From Spirochaetia bacterium (GTDB lineage Bacteria; Spirochaetota; Spirochaetia; CADAEX01), in assembly GCA_963662795.1 (NCBI GenBank), contig OY759746.1:1-64000 (forward strand): DNA of 64,000 nt, in the 5' to 3' direction. The notes beneath the pieces are model-generated. The model was not told the origin of the DNA. It did no database searches and saw only the letters and a list, made by a program, of their open reading frames with translations. Every line of letters begins with the position of its first letter. The stretch's first letter is position 1. Positions 9,552 through 18,569 of the stretch are shown in pieces. The translations under genes were made by a program, and so were the position numbers.

Positions 9552-10025
9552 ATGGATATCAGGATAGCAGCATATCGTGAAAAATATTTCAAAGAAGTAT
9601 TCGATGTTGTACATAGTACAATTGAGGATGTATATCCGCTCTATTATCCCCGTGAGGCTGTTGATTTTTTTCACGGGCATCATTCCTTCGAAAACATGAG
9701 AAAAGACATTCCGGCAGGAAAAACAATAATTCTTATAAAAAACGGGAAAATTGTTTCGACAGGTTCTGTTGTTAAGAACGAAATAAAGAGATTTTTCGTC
9801 CTGCCTGTTGAGCAGTCCCTCGGATTCGGAAAAACAATGTTAATTGAGCTTGAAAAAATAGTATCGGGAAACGGATATTCAGAAGCAATACTGGATGCGT
9901 CATTAAGTTCTTTTAATTTTTACAGACATTTCAGCTTTGAACTCATAAATTATAAAATTGACACATTACCGGGTGGAAGTAAATTATGCTATTTTGAAAT
10001 GAGAAAATTGCTCGACGTCAAATAG
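9552..10025 (+). CDS. GNAT-family N-acetyltransferase
   Basis: FFVLPVEQSLGFGK (motif A) and FYRHFSF. Confidence 0.85.
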   Translation: MDIRIAAYREKYFKEVFDVVHSTIEDVYPLYYPREAVDFFHGHHSFENMRKDIPAGKTIILIKNGKIVSTGSVVKNEIKRFFVLPVEQSLGFGKTMLIELEKIVSGNGYSEAILDASLSSFNFYRHFSFELINYKIDTLPGGSKLCYFEMRKLLDVK

Positions 10026-10144
10026 CCCTGACCTCCTAATGAGTCAAATACAAGCATTAATCATTCACAGGGCATTATCCTGTTTGAAATTATTTGTTTA
10101 ACCCTTCTTTAATGATTATTATATAGTATAGGGAGATTTTTACT

Positions 10145-10354
10145 ATGACAAAAAATATGGGTAAAATTGACAGGATTTTAAGGATAATACTTGCACTGGT
10201 TATAGCAGTACTTATAATTACAGGAAAGCTTACAGGAATTGCGGCAGTATTGCTGGGTATTTTTGCAGCAGTATTTATATTGACAAGCTCTATAGCTGTT
10301 TGTCCTCTATATACACCGTTTAAAATTTCAACATTAGGAAAAAAGAAAGAATAA
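10145..10354 (+). CDS. DUF2892 (YgaP-like) small membrane protein
   Basis: NMGKIDRILR...CPLY...IST signature. Confidence 0.9.
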   Translation: MTKNMGKIDRILRIILALVIAVLIITGKLTGIAAVLLGIFAAVFILTSSIAVCPLYTPFKISTLGKKKE

Positions 10355-10626
10355 TACTGCCCGGCCTTACTGCATTTACAACTGCCGTTAGGCCAGTGCA
10401 ATACTTCATGAGGCTTTAACAAACCTGTTTTATGTTTTTATTACATCTTTAACGTTCTCTGCTCTAAAACTATACCTTAAGGAAAATCAAAAAATTACCA
10501 CTGGATTAATTATCAATTTCAGCTAATTGCTTTAAAAAAATGCGATTTTCATAAAAAACAGCTTTGATAAATGTACCGGGTGAACTAAGATCAGAAATAT
10601 ATAAAACCGGTTTCAAGGATGTGAAA

Positions 10627-11388
10627 ATGAATGCTGAAATTGTTTTTTTGAATATGAATCATTTTCAAGTAACATCCATCGCAGTATTCGCTCTCCTTGT
10701 CGGTTTCGAGAGAGCGGGGCTTAGAACTGCGGTTCTGCCAGTAGTCCCTCTTGTTGTTGAAAGCTTCGGTGCGGTTAATGCCCTTGGATACATGATACCA
10801 CTTTTAATTACAGCTGATATATTCTCTGTTACCTATTACCGTAAACATGCTGAAAAAAAAGAACTTATACGCCTTTTGCCGTTTGCGGCTGCCGGCATAA
10901 TATTCGCTATGTTAATAGGCGAAAAAATATCACCGGACACTTTCAAGAAAATAATCGGGGCCCTCATAATTATCAGCCTCTTGATTATATTTATTGACTA
11001 TAAAATATCCAATAAAAAAATAACAGGAAAAAGCTATAAAAAAACAGGGCCATTGTTCAGTACGGCTACTGGTTTTTCCTCCATGCTCGGAGGATCCGGC
11101 GGGCCGATTATATCAACCTATTTCCTCCTTTCAGACATCAATAAAAATGCATTTATAGGCACTACCGCATGGTTTTTCTTTTTTGTTAACCTTTTAAAAC
11201 TCCCTCTTTATCTCTTTGTATGGAAAAACATCCATTTTTATTCACTTCTTGCAGATATTCTGCTTCTCCCGCTTGTTGCGGCAGGCATAATAACTGGAAT
11301 ACTTATTGTAAAAAAGATAAATGAAAAAGTATTCAGGATTTTCATTTTCATGGCTACCCTGTTCTCTGCCCTGATTCTTTTCATTTGA
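10627..11388 (+). CDS. TauE/SafE-family membrane protein
   Basis: Multi-TM protein with PLLITADI, GGPIISTY and FIGTTAWFFFFVNLLKLP. Start moved to ATG 10627 after AAGGA. Confidence 0.85.
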   Translation: MNAEIVFLNMNHFQVTSIAVFALLVGFERAGLRTAVLPVVPLVVESFGAVNALGYMIPLLITADIFSVTYYRKHAEKKELIRLLPFAAAGIIFAMLIGEKISPDTFKKIIGALIIISLLIIFIDYKISNKKITGKSYKKTGPLFSTATGFSSMLGGSGGPIISTYFLLSDINKNAFIGTTAWFFFFVNLLKLPLYLFVWKNIHFYSLLADILLLPLVAAGIITGILIVKKINEKVFRIFIFMATLFSALILFI

Positions 11389-11503
11389 TAGTATAAGATA
11401 CTGCGAATGGATTTTCGGCAATCGGTTTTTCGGGTGTTTACCTCTTAATTATAACATTTCGTTTATACTGTAACTTCCCCGGTGATTTATTTGTTGTATA
11501 TAT

Positions 11504-11594
11504 GAACCAACAGATAGCTTAATAAAGCTATTACCTCCTTTTTTAAAATATTTTTATAACTAAGCGGCAGGCTGTCAGTCTGCCGCTTTTTTTT
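11504..11594 (+). ncRNA. Candidate small RNA (5' hairpin, anti-SD segment, strong terminator)
   Basis: ATAGCTT-AATA-AAGCTAT hairpin, then TACCTCCTTT, then the AAGCGGCAGGC/GTCTGCCGCTT stem and a T-run. No ORF. Confidence 0.45.
11562..11594 (+). terminator. Strong intrinsic terminator
   Basis: AAGCGGCAGGC-TGTCA-GTCTGCCGCTT followed by a T-run. Confidence 0.85.
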
Positions 11595-11723
11595 CTTCTA
11601 TTGATTTTCAAAGTTTAAAGCTTAATAATAAAAATGAGTACAACGTAATTGGTTTAAGGAAATCATCCGGAAAATTGCGTGAAAAATAATAATATTTTAC
11701 ATTAGCCTGTTAAGGAGATATTT

Positions 11724-12016
11724 TTGGAGAAACTTTTTGAAGGGGTTAAAAAATTCACAAATTCTGATTTTATGGGATATAAGGAAATATTCAAATCTAT
11801 TCAGAACTGCCAGAAGTCTCATACGCTCTTTATCGGATGTTCAGATTCCCGTATTGTTCCGAATTTAATTACAAATACAATGCCCGGAGAGTTATTTGTT
11901 ATCAGAAATATTGCAAATATTGTCCCTGTTTACCGGGAATTAATGAATTTCTTGCAACAACATCAGCAATAGAATATGCCGTCAAAATACTTAACATTGA
12001 AAATATTAACGACTGA
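11724..12016 (+). pseudogene. Beta-carbonic anhydrase, frameshifted and truncated
   Basis: FIGCSDSR and [14 protein letters not shown] motifs. After ~11940 it continues in another frame as [22 protein letters not shown] and stops before the HxxC zinc ligands. Confidence 0.88.
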
Positions 12017-12108
12017 TACAAGCTTTTCATAAATTCTATGCGGTGTATTATAAAACAACCGCTTATTCAGACAGCAATAAAATCTAATAACGTGTACAGG
12101 AAGAGTAG

Positions 12109-12317
12109 TTACCTTAACTCAGGGAAATATTCTTTCCAGATCCCCTGAACGGATGTAAATGGATTAGCAGGAGACATCTCGCTTATAGATCATACCTTAT
12201 CACTTTTCTAAGGAAATGATAGTGCTAATTTTTTTTCTAATAATAACGATTTTACTGTTTTCCATTTATTAAGAAAGTTAATCTCCCCCACTCATCAATT
12301 AAAACTCTACTTCCCAT
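12109..12317 (-). pseudogene. Decayed ORF of unknown function
   Basis: SD AGGGGG plus ATG at 12317, a frameshift, then a frame with two internal stops ending SPANPFTSVQGIWKEYFPELR*. Confidence 0.3.
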
Positions 12318-12391
12318 ATCCCCCTTGAGGGTATAGAATAATTTTATTTTACAAGTTTTCAAAATCAGCGAAATTCCAGGGAGTTACAATT

Positions 12392-12811
12392 ATGAATAAT
12401 GATAGTATTGCACCTTGTGGCGTGATTTGTGATTTATGCCTGGGTTTTCAGCGAGAAAAGAATAAGTGTGTAGGTTGCAATGCTGTCGGTTATAAACCAA
12501 ATCATTGTGTTGTCTGCAGTATAAAATCATGTAAAGAAAAACATGGTAATGAAAAATTATTATGTAATGAGTGCCGTAAATTCCCCTGCGGAAGAATTAA
12601 AAATTTGGATAAGCGCTATATTGTAAAATATGGTGAAAGTATCATGCAAAATTTCAGAATGATTGATGAATATGGTATTCGTTCATTTATTGAACAAGCA
12701 TCAAAGAAGTGGAGATGTTCTCTTTGTGGATCTCTACTATGTGTTCATAGAAAAATATGTTTAAATTGTGGATCTAAAAATATTTATTTCCCGAGTGTAC
12801 AGGTTGAGTAA
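12392..12811 (+). CDS. DUF3795-family cysteine-rich protein
   Basis: IAPCGVICDLC, CVGC, CSIKSC, CNECRKFPC and a C-terminal CSLCG...CLNCG. Confidence 0.85.
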   Translation: MNNDSIAPCGVICDLCLGFQREKNKCVGCNAVGYKPNHCVVCSIKSCKEKHGNEKLLCNECRKFPCGRIKNLDKRYIVKYGESIMQNFRMIDEYGIRSFIEQASKKWRCSLCGSLLCVHRKICLNCGSKNIYFPSVQVE

Positions 12812-13124
12812 TTACCCTCCCCATACCTTTTCCCTGATAATCGCTTTTCATATCCGCGGGGCGGGTGTAAGATGAAGTTTTATCCGGATTACGAGTTTTT
12901 CAGGCGCTGCACAGAAAAAAATATTCAAAAATAATCATTTAAATAAAATATTTTAATTATTTTTTTCTATTCCAATATTACATAAAGGGTATATAATTTA
13001 TTTATGTTATATATAAATTCAATTTTTATTGTTTTTATTCATATTTTTTAAAATTCGTATTAACTCAAAAAACCACTACAAAATAAAATACCATTCGTAA
13101 TTATTAAAGAAGTAACAACAAAAC

Positions 13125-14126
13125 ATGAAAAATAATAGCATCTTAAATCAACTTATTTATCGATTTTGGGGAACAGAAGATAAAACATTTCTTAAACCTT
13201 TAAAGGATTCATTATTTTTAGCTATTCTCTTTTTTTTCTTCAGCAGTGCCTATATTATTGTTTCTGATATAATAGCCGCTAATTGCTCTGACTCTATTTA
13301 TGAAATGAAAATAGCTGAACAAGTTAAAGGCCTGATTTTTTTATCTATTTTAACACTAATCATGTTTATAATTTCTTATAAATATTTAAAAAAAATTAAA
13401 ATTAATGAAAATCAATTATTAAATTATAAAAAAATAATTATTGCAAAAGAAAGAGAAGCAATAGCCGGACTTATGGCTTCTTCAATAGCTCATGATATCA
13501 ATAATTTAATGACTGTTATTCTTTTTACTCTTAATATTTTAACTGATAATGATAATGTTTCCACAAAAGAAAAAAAATTGATCTCTGATTCATTAGAAGC
13601 TTCAAATAAATTACTAACTCTTACTAAAACATTATCATTAACTGGTAAGCAGAAATATTCCTCACATTTTCAACTTTTTAATATTGGTAAAATTATTAAC
13701 GATATAGTTAATATTACTCATTCCATAAAAAAAACAAGAGATTGCAGGATTACTATTAAGCAATTGGATGAGATCGAAGCATTGGTAAAACCTCAACTCA
13801 TTTCACGTTCAGTAACAAATTTAATTCTCAATGCAGCTGATGCTACAGAGAATAAGGGAATAATTGAAATTTCTCTAGTTGCTCAAAAAACTGGTTTTTG
13901 TATTGAAGTAAGTGATAATGGACACGGAATACAGGATATAAATAAAGAAAAAATATTCGAACCCTTTTATACATCAAAAAATGATGGTTCAGGCCTTGGG
14001 ATGTTGTCTGTACAGGCTTGTGTCACTGATCACAACGGTACAATATCTATTGGTAAATCATCTCTCGGTGGCGCAATTTTTAAGCTATTTATACCATATA
14101 AACAAGATACTGCTGGTCAGAATTAG
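13125..14126 (+). CDS. Orphan membrane sensor histidine kinase
   Basis: Two TMs, H-box IAHDINN, N-box NLILNAADA, DNGHGI, FEPFYTSK and GSGLG. Very AT-rich. Confidence 0.92.
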   Translation: MKNNSILNQLIYRFWGTEDKTFLKPLKDSLFLAILFFFFSSAYIIVSDIIAANCSDSIYEMKIAEQVKGLIFLSILTLIMFIISYKYLKKIKINENQLLNYKKIIIAKEREAIAGLMASSIAHDINNLMTVILFTLNILTDNDNVSTKEKKLISDSLEASNKLLTLTKTLSLTGKQKYSSHFQLFNIGKIINDIVNITHSIKKTRDCRITIKQLDEIEALVKPQLISRSVTNLILNAADATENKGIIEISLVAQKTGFCIEVSDNGHGIQDINKEKIFEPFYTSKNDGSGLGMLSVQACVTDHNGTISIGKSSLGGAIFKLFIPYKQDTAGQN

Positions 14127-14396
14127 GTTTTTAATTTTTTTTATTTAATCTATATACATTTTTAACAGAAAGAATAATTACCAGAAAAATTCATCTCCAC
14201 CAGCGCCTTTCACGCCTCGGCCTCCAGCTCCATGAGCAGCATATCAAAGCCGGCTTTAGGCTTTTTATAATATTTGTTCTTGTTATAATACCCATAGTGC
14301 ATTATAATAATTTCAAGTTATCCGCTATTAAATGAGTTTATAACAATATAGTAATTTAATAATGTAGTTGCACATGAGAGGAAAGGTACATACCCG

Positions 14397-15074
14397 ATGG
14401 AAACGTCATGCAGTATAAGAGTCTCTGAGGATTCAACATACATTATTATGAAACAAACAGGTATTATTAATAAAAACCTTGGGGTCGCATATAATATTGA
14501 AGCTCATAAAATCGCTATGAAATACAGAATCAATAAGTATCTTGTCGATTTGACTGAAGCAAAAAATATGGACACCTTCATTAATAAATATGAATTTGCC
14601 TATAAAGATATTCAAAACCTGCCGGAGATATTCAAAAAAGAAATTGTTGCAATGGTTGTCGCTCCAGATGACCACTCACATGACTTTGTGGAAAAAATAT
14701 CAAGAAAAATCGGATTCAATGTGATATTTTTCCGCAATATTGTGGCAGCAGAAGAATATATAAAAACTGCTGCATTAGAAGAGCAGAATGATTCAGGTAA
14801 CATATCAGATGAAATTAATATTTTTTCTCCCGCACCCGGTATTAAAATAAAGAATAGTGATTATAACTGTCCTATGTGCGATAGCAATGAATTTGAAAAG
14901 AATGCTGAAAATATAATTAATACTGTCGTATGTCTAAATTGCGGAATCAGTTACACAGAGAAAGAAATTTCAAAAATTAAAAAAGACAACAGTTCATTTA
15001 TATTGGATATTGTATTCAATGATCAACTGGAAGAATTACCTCCATTTTCTGAAAATAATTCAGAGTGCCTATAA
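14397..15074 (+). CDS. Hypothetical protein: STAS/SpoIIAA-like domain plus C-terminal Zn ribbon
   Basis: Shares KYLxDL and VAPDDHSHDFxE with the next gene. C-terminal CPMC...CLNCG. The fold call is inference. Confidence 0.6.
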   Translation: METSCSIRVSEDSTYIIMKQTGIINKNLGVAYNIEAHKIAMKYRINKYLVDLTEAKNMDTFINKYEFAYKDIQNLPEIFKKEIVAMVVAPDDHSHDFVEKISRKIGFNVIFFRNIVAAEEYIKTAALEEQNDSGNISDEINIFSPAPGIKIKNSDYNCPMCDSNEFEKNAENIINTVVCLNCGISYTEKEISKIKKDNSSFILDIVFNDQLEELPPFSENNSECL

Positions 15075-15104
15075 CTTTTAAAAAGTATTAATAAGGAGAC
15101 AAAA

Positions 15105-15494
15105 ATGGGATGCCAGTTTTTAAAATCAGCCGATGATGATTATTTAACTTTATTTTATACTGGAAAAGTTAATCGTGAAATAATATTTGATAATACGATA
15201 AAGGCTCACAAATTTGGCAGAAAGAATGGAATAAAAAAGTATCTTACCGATTTAGCAAAAGCTATTAATACTGATAATATTAATAATAACATCGATTTTT
15301 TTGAAATTGATATGAAAAAATCAGCTTTTATTGATAAGGAAGCTATAGTTGCAGTTCTAGTAGCCCCCGATGATCATTCTCATGATTTTATTGAAGCTGT
15401 TTCCAGTAAAAATGGTTATAATGTAAAGCTTTTTAGGGACCGGGAAAAGGCTGTTAAATACCTTCAGGAAAGTAAAAATCACTCAATCTCCTGA
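15105..15494 (+). CDS. Hypothetical STAS/SpoIIAA-like protein, paralog of the upstream gene
   Basis: SD AAGGAG; VAPDDHSHDFIE and a C-terminal LFRDREKAVKYL (F..xxxAxxwL-type ending). Confidence 0.65.
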   Translation: MGCQFLKSADDDYLTLFYTGKVNREIIFDNTIKAHKFGRKNGIKKYLTDLAKAINTDNINNNIDFFEIDMKKSAFIDKEAIVAVLVAPDDHSHDFIEAVSSKNGYNVKLFRDREKAVKYLQESKNHSIS

Positions 15495-15634
15495 TATTTC
15501 TGCAGCAAGTATTCAGTATAAATCTCACTCAATTCAGCCTCGATCTCCATTTCCAATAGATCAAAGCCGGCCTCAAGACCATACTTTTCCGCGTAATCAA
15601 TGAGTTTATCCTAGATTATTTCTTGTAAAGTCAT
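15479..15634 (-). pseudogene. 51-codon acidic micro-ORF interrupted by TAG at codon 8
   Basis: SD AGGGGG; MTLQEII*DKLIDYAEKYGLEAGFDLLEMEIEAELSEIYTEYLLQKYQEIE*. A homologous fragment lies at 14220-14254. Confidence 0.45.
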
Positions 15635-15690
15635 AGATCCCCCTGGTTATATAACTGGGGAAATGGGAAAGATGATTCAGAAAAAATTAA

Positions 15691-16133
15691 TTATTTATTA
15701 TTAAAATATTTTTTCTCACGTTCTTTGCGTTTACTTCTCGTTCCATAAATAAAAGTTCCAATAATTCCTGCAATCGATGTGAATATAGTTGTAAAACCTA
15801 TAATATCCTTACCTGAAAACATTAAGAATGTTCCACAAATAATTGCAGTAATAACTATTACACCAGCCCATGTTTGACCATGTGAAGAATTCTTCATTTC
15901 TCCAGCTATTACCATTTTCTCAATTTCCTGACGATGAGAACTTTGGATTTCAGCCATTTTCAATATACGGTCTGCAGCACCCGGCAAAACCACTTCATAT
16001 TTATCAAATTCTGCTGCCAGCGGAAGTGGTCCCTGATATGTCATGCACACTCTGTTGTTTCATTGGTTGTTTTTGTTGATTTATCTGATTTTTCACTGTT
16101 TGGTCAATTTTTTTGTATTTTATTTCTTGACAT
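15691..16133 (-). pseudogene. DUF2335-family membrane protein with damaged 5' end
   Basis: YQGPLP...YEVVLPGAADRILKMAE..HRQ followed by two TMs. The TAATG-coupled ATG at 16133 is out of frame and meets TGA at codon 10; the intact frame runs 16050-15691. Confidence 0.7.
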
Positions 16134-16292
16134 TAATTTTGTGAATATGCTTTAAAAGCTGTATGCATATCTTCACTTATCGCTTTAAAATCATTCTCTA
16201 TAGCTTTTTTATCTGCTTCTTCGGGAGTTGAACTATACTTAAATTCCACTAATATATCCCGGCATTGATATTAAATAATCTGTGTATCCCAT
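16133..16292 (-). pseudogene. Small partner gene upstream of DUF2335, frameshifted
   Basis: MGYTDYLISMPGYISGI, then in another frame EFKYSSTPEEADKKAIENDFKAISEDMHTAFKAYSQN*. Its stop overlaps the next ATG. Confidence 0.55.
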
Positions 16293-16370
16293 TTAATAAC
16301 CCCATAATTAAAATATAGGTTATTTATTCCCTTTCTACGGTATGGCTCTGGATACATTTTAAAACCTCTA

Positions 16371-16389
16371 GCTATCAGTTTGCTATCAG
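16371..16389. repeat. Tandem GCTATCAG direct repeat, possible integrase arm-type sites
   Basis: GCTATCAG at 16371 and 16382 (11-bp period), about 60 bp beyond the tRNA 3' end. Confidence 0.4.
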
Positions 16390-16448
16390 ATTTCCCGTCA
16401 TATGCCGTATAGCTTATAACAACCCTTTGCCACATAATGTTTTATTTA

Positions 16449-16522
16449 TGAACGATGCGGGATTCGAACCCACGGCCTTCTCCTCCGGAGGGAGACGCTC
16501 TATCCAGCTGAGCTAATCGTCC
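16449..16522 (-). tRNA. tRNA-Arg(CCG)
   Basis: GGACGAT/ATCGTTC acceptor stem, D-arm AGCTCAGCTGGATAGAGC, anticodon arm TCTCC-CTCCGGA-GGAGA, T-loop GTTCGAATC. CCA is not encoded. Confidence 0.97.
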
Positions 16523-16625
16523 GATACAGCAAAGTTATAACCTTAATGAAAATATGTCAATAAATCTCTTTACCTGCACCCGCAATATGGAAATAAAAAC
16601 AGCATACCGGTATAATCACGGTGAA

Positions 16626-16853
16626 ATGAGAAAAAAAACGAAGCTCTATATATATTCAATAATATCCGGCAGTGCGGCCGGCACTCTTATATGGGAGATA
16701 CTTCAGAGGTTTATGCAGCTTGCGGGGTTTGATATTGATCTTTCGGCAGGGCCTGTCGGATTTGACCTTTCGGTGATATCGATTTATTTCAAAATCAATC
16801 CGGGAACGCTGGCAGGGGGAATAATTACCTGGTTTGCGGTAAAAAAAATCTGA
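16626..16853 (+). CDS. DUF4321-like small membrane protein
   Basis: TM segments with GPVGFDLSVI...INPG. Start taken at ATG 16626. Confidence 0.65.
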   Translation: MRKKTKLYIYSIISGSAAGTLIWEILQRFMQLAGFDIDLSAGPVGFDLSVISIYFKINPGTLAGGIITWFAVKKI

Positions 16854-16890
16854 ACATGATGACCCATTATAACAAGGCGCATTTTCACAT

Positions 16891-17514
16891 ATGAATAATA
16901 AAGACAAAAACAACACTATTGTACTGGCATCAGCATCACCCCGAAGAAAGATGATTCTTGAAAGGCTCGGAATTCCGTTTATTGTTATGCCTGCAGATAT
17001 TGATGAGACAGCGGCAGAAATAAGTCCAACAGATGCAGTCAAAGAACTTGCTGTTAAAAAAGCAGAAAGCATCTATTCCGGCGGACTGCTGAATCACCGC
17101 TGGTATCTTGCTGCAGACACAATGGTACTGATTGACGGTAAAATGCTCGGCAAACCGGCAGACATTAATGAAGCGGAAGCTTTTCTTAGAGCGCTTTCAG
17201 GCAAAAAACACCAGGTAATTACCGGGATAGCATTATTTGACGCAGAAAAGAGGAAAATGAGGACAGGAACTGATTCAGCATCCGTCTGGTTTGCTGCGCT
17301 TACAGACAAAGATATATACTGGTATCTTTCCACGGGAGAATGGAATGGTGCAGCAGGAGCCTACAGGATACAGGAGATGGGGGAATGCCTTGTGGAAAGG
17401 ATAGAAGGTTCCTGCAGCAATATTATGGGGTTGCCTATCCGCCTGTTTTTTAGTATTCTCCTATCTGCAGGCTATCCTGCATATAATCTTCCGTCAGGCA
17501 GATTTCCGGACTAA
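16891..17514 (+). CDS. maf: Maf-family nucleotide pyrophosphatase
   Basis: [25 protein letters not shown] and NIMGLP. Confidence 0.95.
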   Translation: MNNKDKNNTIVLASASPRRKMILERLGIPFIVMPADIDETAAEISPTDAVKELAVKKAESIYSGGLLNHRWYLAADTMVLIDGKMLGKPADINEAEAFLRALSGKKHQVITGIALFDAEKRKMRTGTDSASVWFAALTDKDIYWYLSTGEWNGAAGAYRIQEMGECLVERIEGSCSNIMGLPIRLFFSILLSAGYPAYNLPSGRFPD

Positions 17515-17608
17515 ACAAGGCAGTTTTTCTGTCAGTCCCGAAAATCAACATGCCTGCACGAGATCAAGAGACGGACCGGTATTTAATTATACCGGAATTT
17601 TCAGGAGG
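17482..17608 (+). promoter_or_regulatory. rpsB promoter -10 and structured 5' leader
   Basis: TATAAT at 17482; nested pairings CCGTC/GACGG, AGGCA/TGCCT and GGACT/AGTCC; a CCGGTAT/ATACCGG hairpin before the SD GGAGG. Confidence 0.5.
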
Positions 17609-17615
17609 AAATAGA

Positions 17616-18560
17616 GTGGCAGTAGTTACAATGAAAAACCTGCTCGAATCTGGAGTACATTTCGGCCATCAGACCAAAAGATGGGATCCGAGAATGAAGA
17701 AATTTATTTTTGCGGAAAGAAACGGTATTCATATCATCGATCTTCAAAAAACAATCACCGCCATCAAGGAAGCATACGATTTTGTACGCTCCACAGTTCA
17801 CGACGGCAAATCAGTCCTTTTTATAGGAACAAAAAAACAGGCCCAGCTTGCAGTTGAAAAAGAAGCAAAAAGATGCGGAATGTTTTATGTTAACAACAGA
17901 TGGCTCGGCGGAATGCTGACCAACTTCACTACAATCAAAAAATCAATAATGAGACTCAAAAAAATCGAAAAAATGGAAATTGACGGTACTTTTGAAAGCC
18001 TCACCAAAAAAGAAATTTCCCTTCTCATGAAGGAAAAAACAGGTCTTGAGAAGAACCTTGGCGGAATCAAGGATATGAAAGATCTTCCAGGTGTTATTTT
18101 TATTATTGATACCAAAAAAGAGGCAATCGCAGTAGCGGAAGCGCGCAGGTGCGGTATTCCTATCATTGCGATTGTAGATACAAACTCTAACCCCGAAGGG
18201 ATTACCTATCCGATTCCGGGAAATGATGATGCCATAAGGGCGATAACACTCTTTACCCAGATCATTGCAAACGCGGTAGTTGAAGCGGACAATGAAATTG
18301 GTCTTCAGGTAATAGAAAATCTGCAGGAAGATGAAGAAGAAACTTCGGAAGAAACAGCTGATACAGCAGAAAACGCAGATGCACCGGCGGTTGAAAAGAT
18401 ACCTCTTGCTGCAGCTATCGGAAGCGCAGAAGACAAAGAAGCTAAAAAGTTTGCGGCAGAAGATTATTCAGACTATGTTCCTGAGGATAAAACAAAAGAG
18501 GATCCGGCGGCTCCTGAAGCAGATCCGGAAATAGATACTGATAAATTTTATAAAGATTAG
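17616..18560 (+). CDS. rpsB: 30S ribosomal protein S2
   Basis: [20 protein letters not shown] and [12 protein letters not shown] start at 17616 after GGAGG; acidic C-terminal tail. Confidence 0.98.
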   Translation: MAVVTMKNLLESGVHFGHQTKRWDPRMKKFIFAERNGIHIIDLQKTITAIKEAYDFVRSTVHDGKSVLFIGTKKQAQLAVEKEAKRCGMFYVNNRWLGGMLTNFTTIKKSIMRLKKIEKMEIDGTFESLTKKEISLLMKEKTGLEKNLGGIKDMKDLPGVIFIIDTKKEAIAVAEARRCGIPIIAIVDTNSNPEGITYPIPGNDDAIRAITLFTQIIANAVVEADNEIGLQVIENLQEDEEETSEETADTAENADAPAVEKIPLAAAIGSAEDKEAKKFAAEDYSDYVPEDKTKEDPAAPEADPEIDTDKFYKD

Positions 18561-18569
18561 GAGATAAAT

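Noticed and set aside
12138-12160. TGAACGGATG as a possible second att site copying the tRNA 3' end
   Set aside because: The match to TGAACGATGCGGG is too short and gapped to support.
15611-15613. In-frame TAG as possible pyrrolysine or recoding
   Set aside because: No pyl genes are visible, TAG serves as an ordinary stop elsewhere (rpsB, the kinase), and neighbouring genes are decayed.
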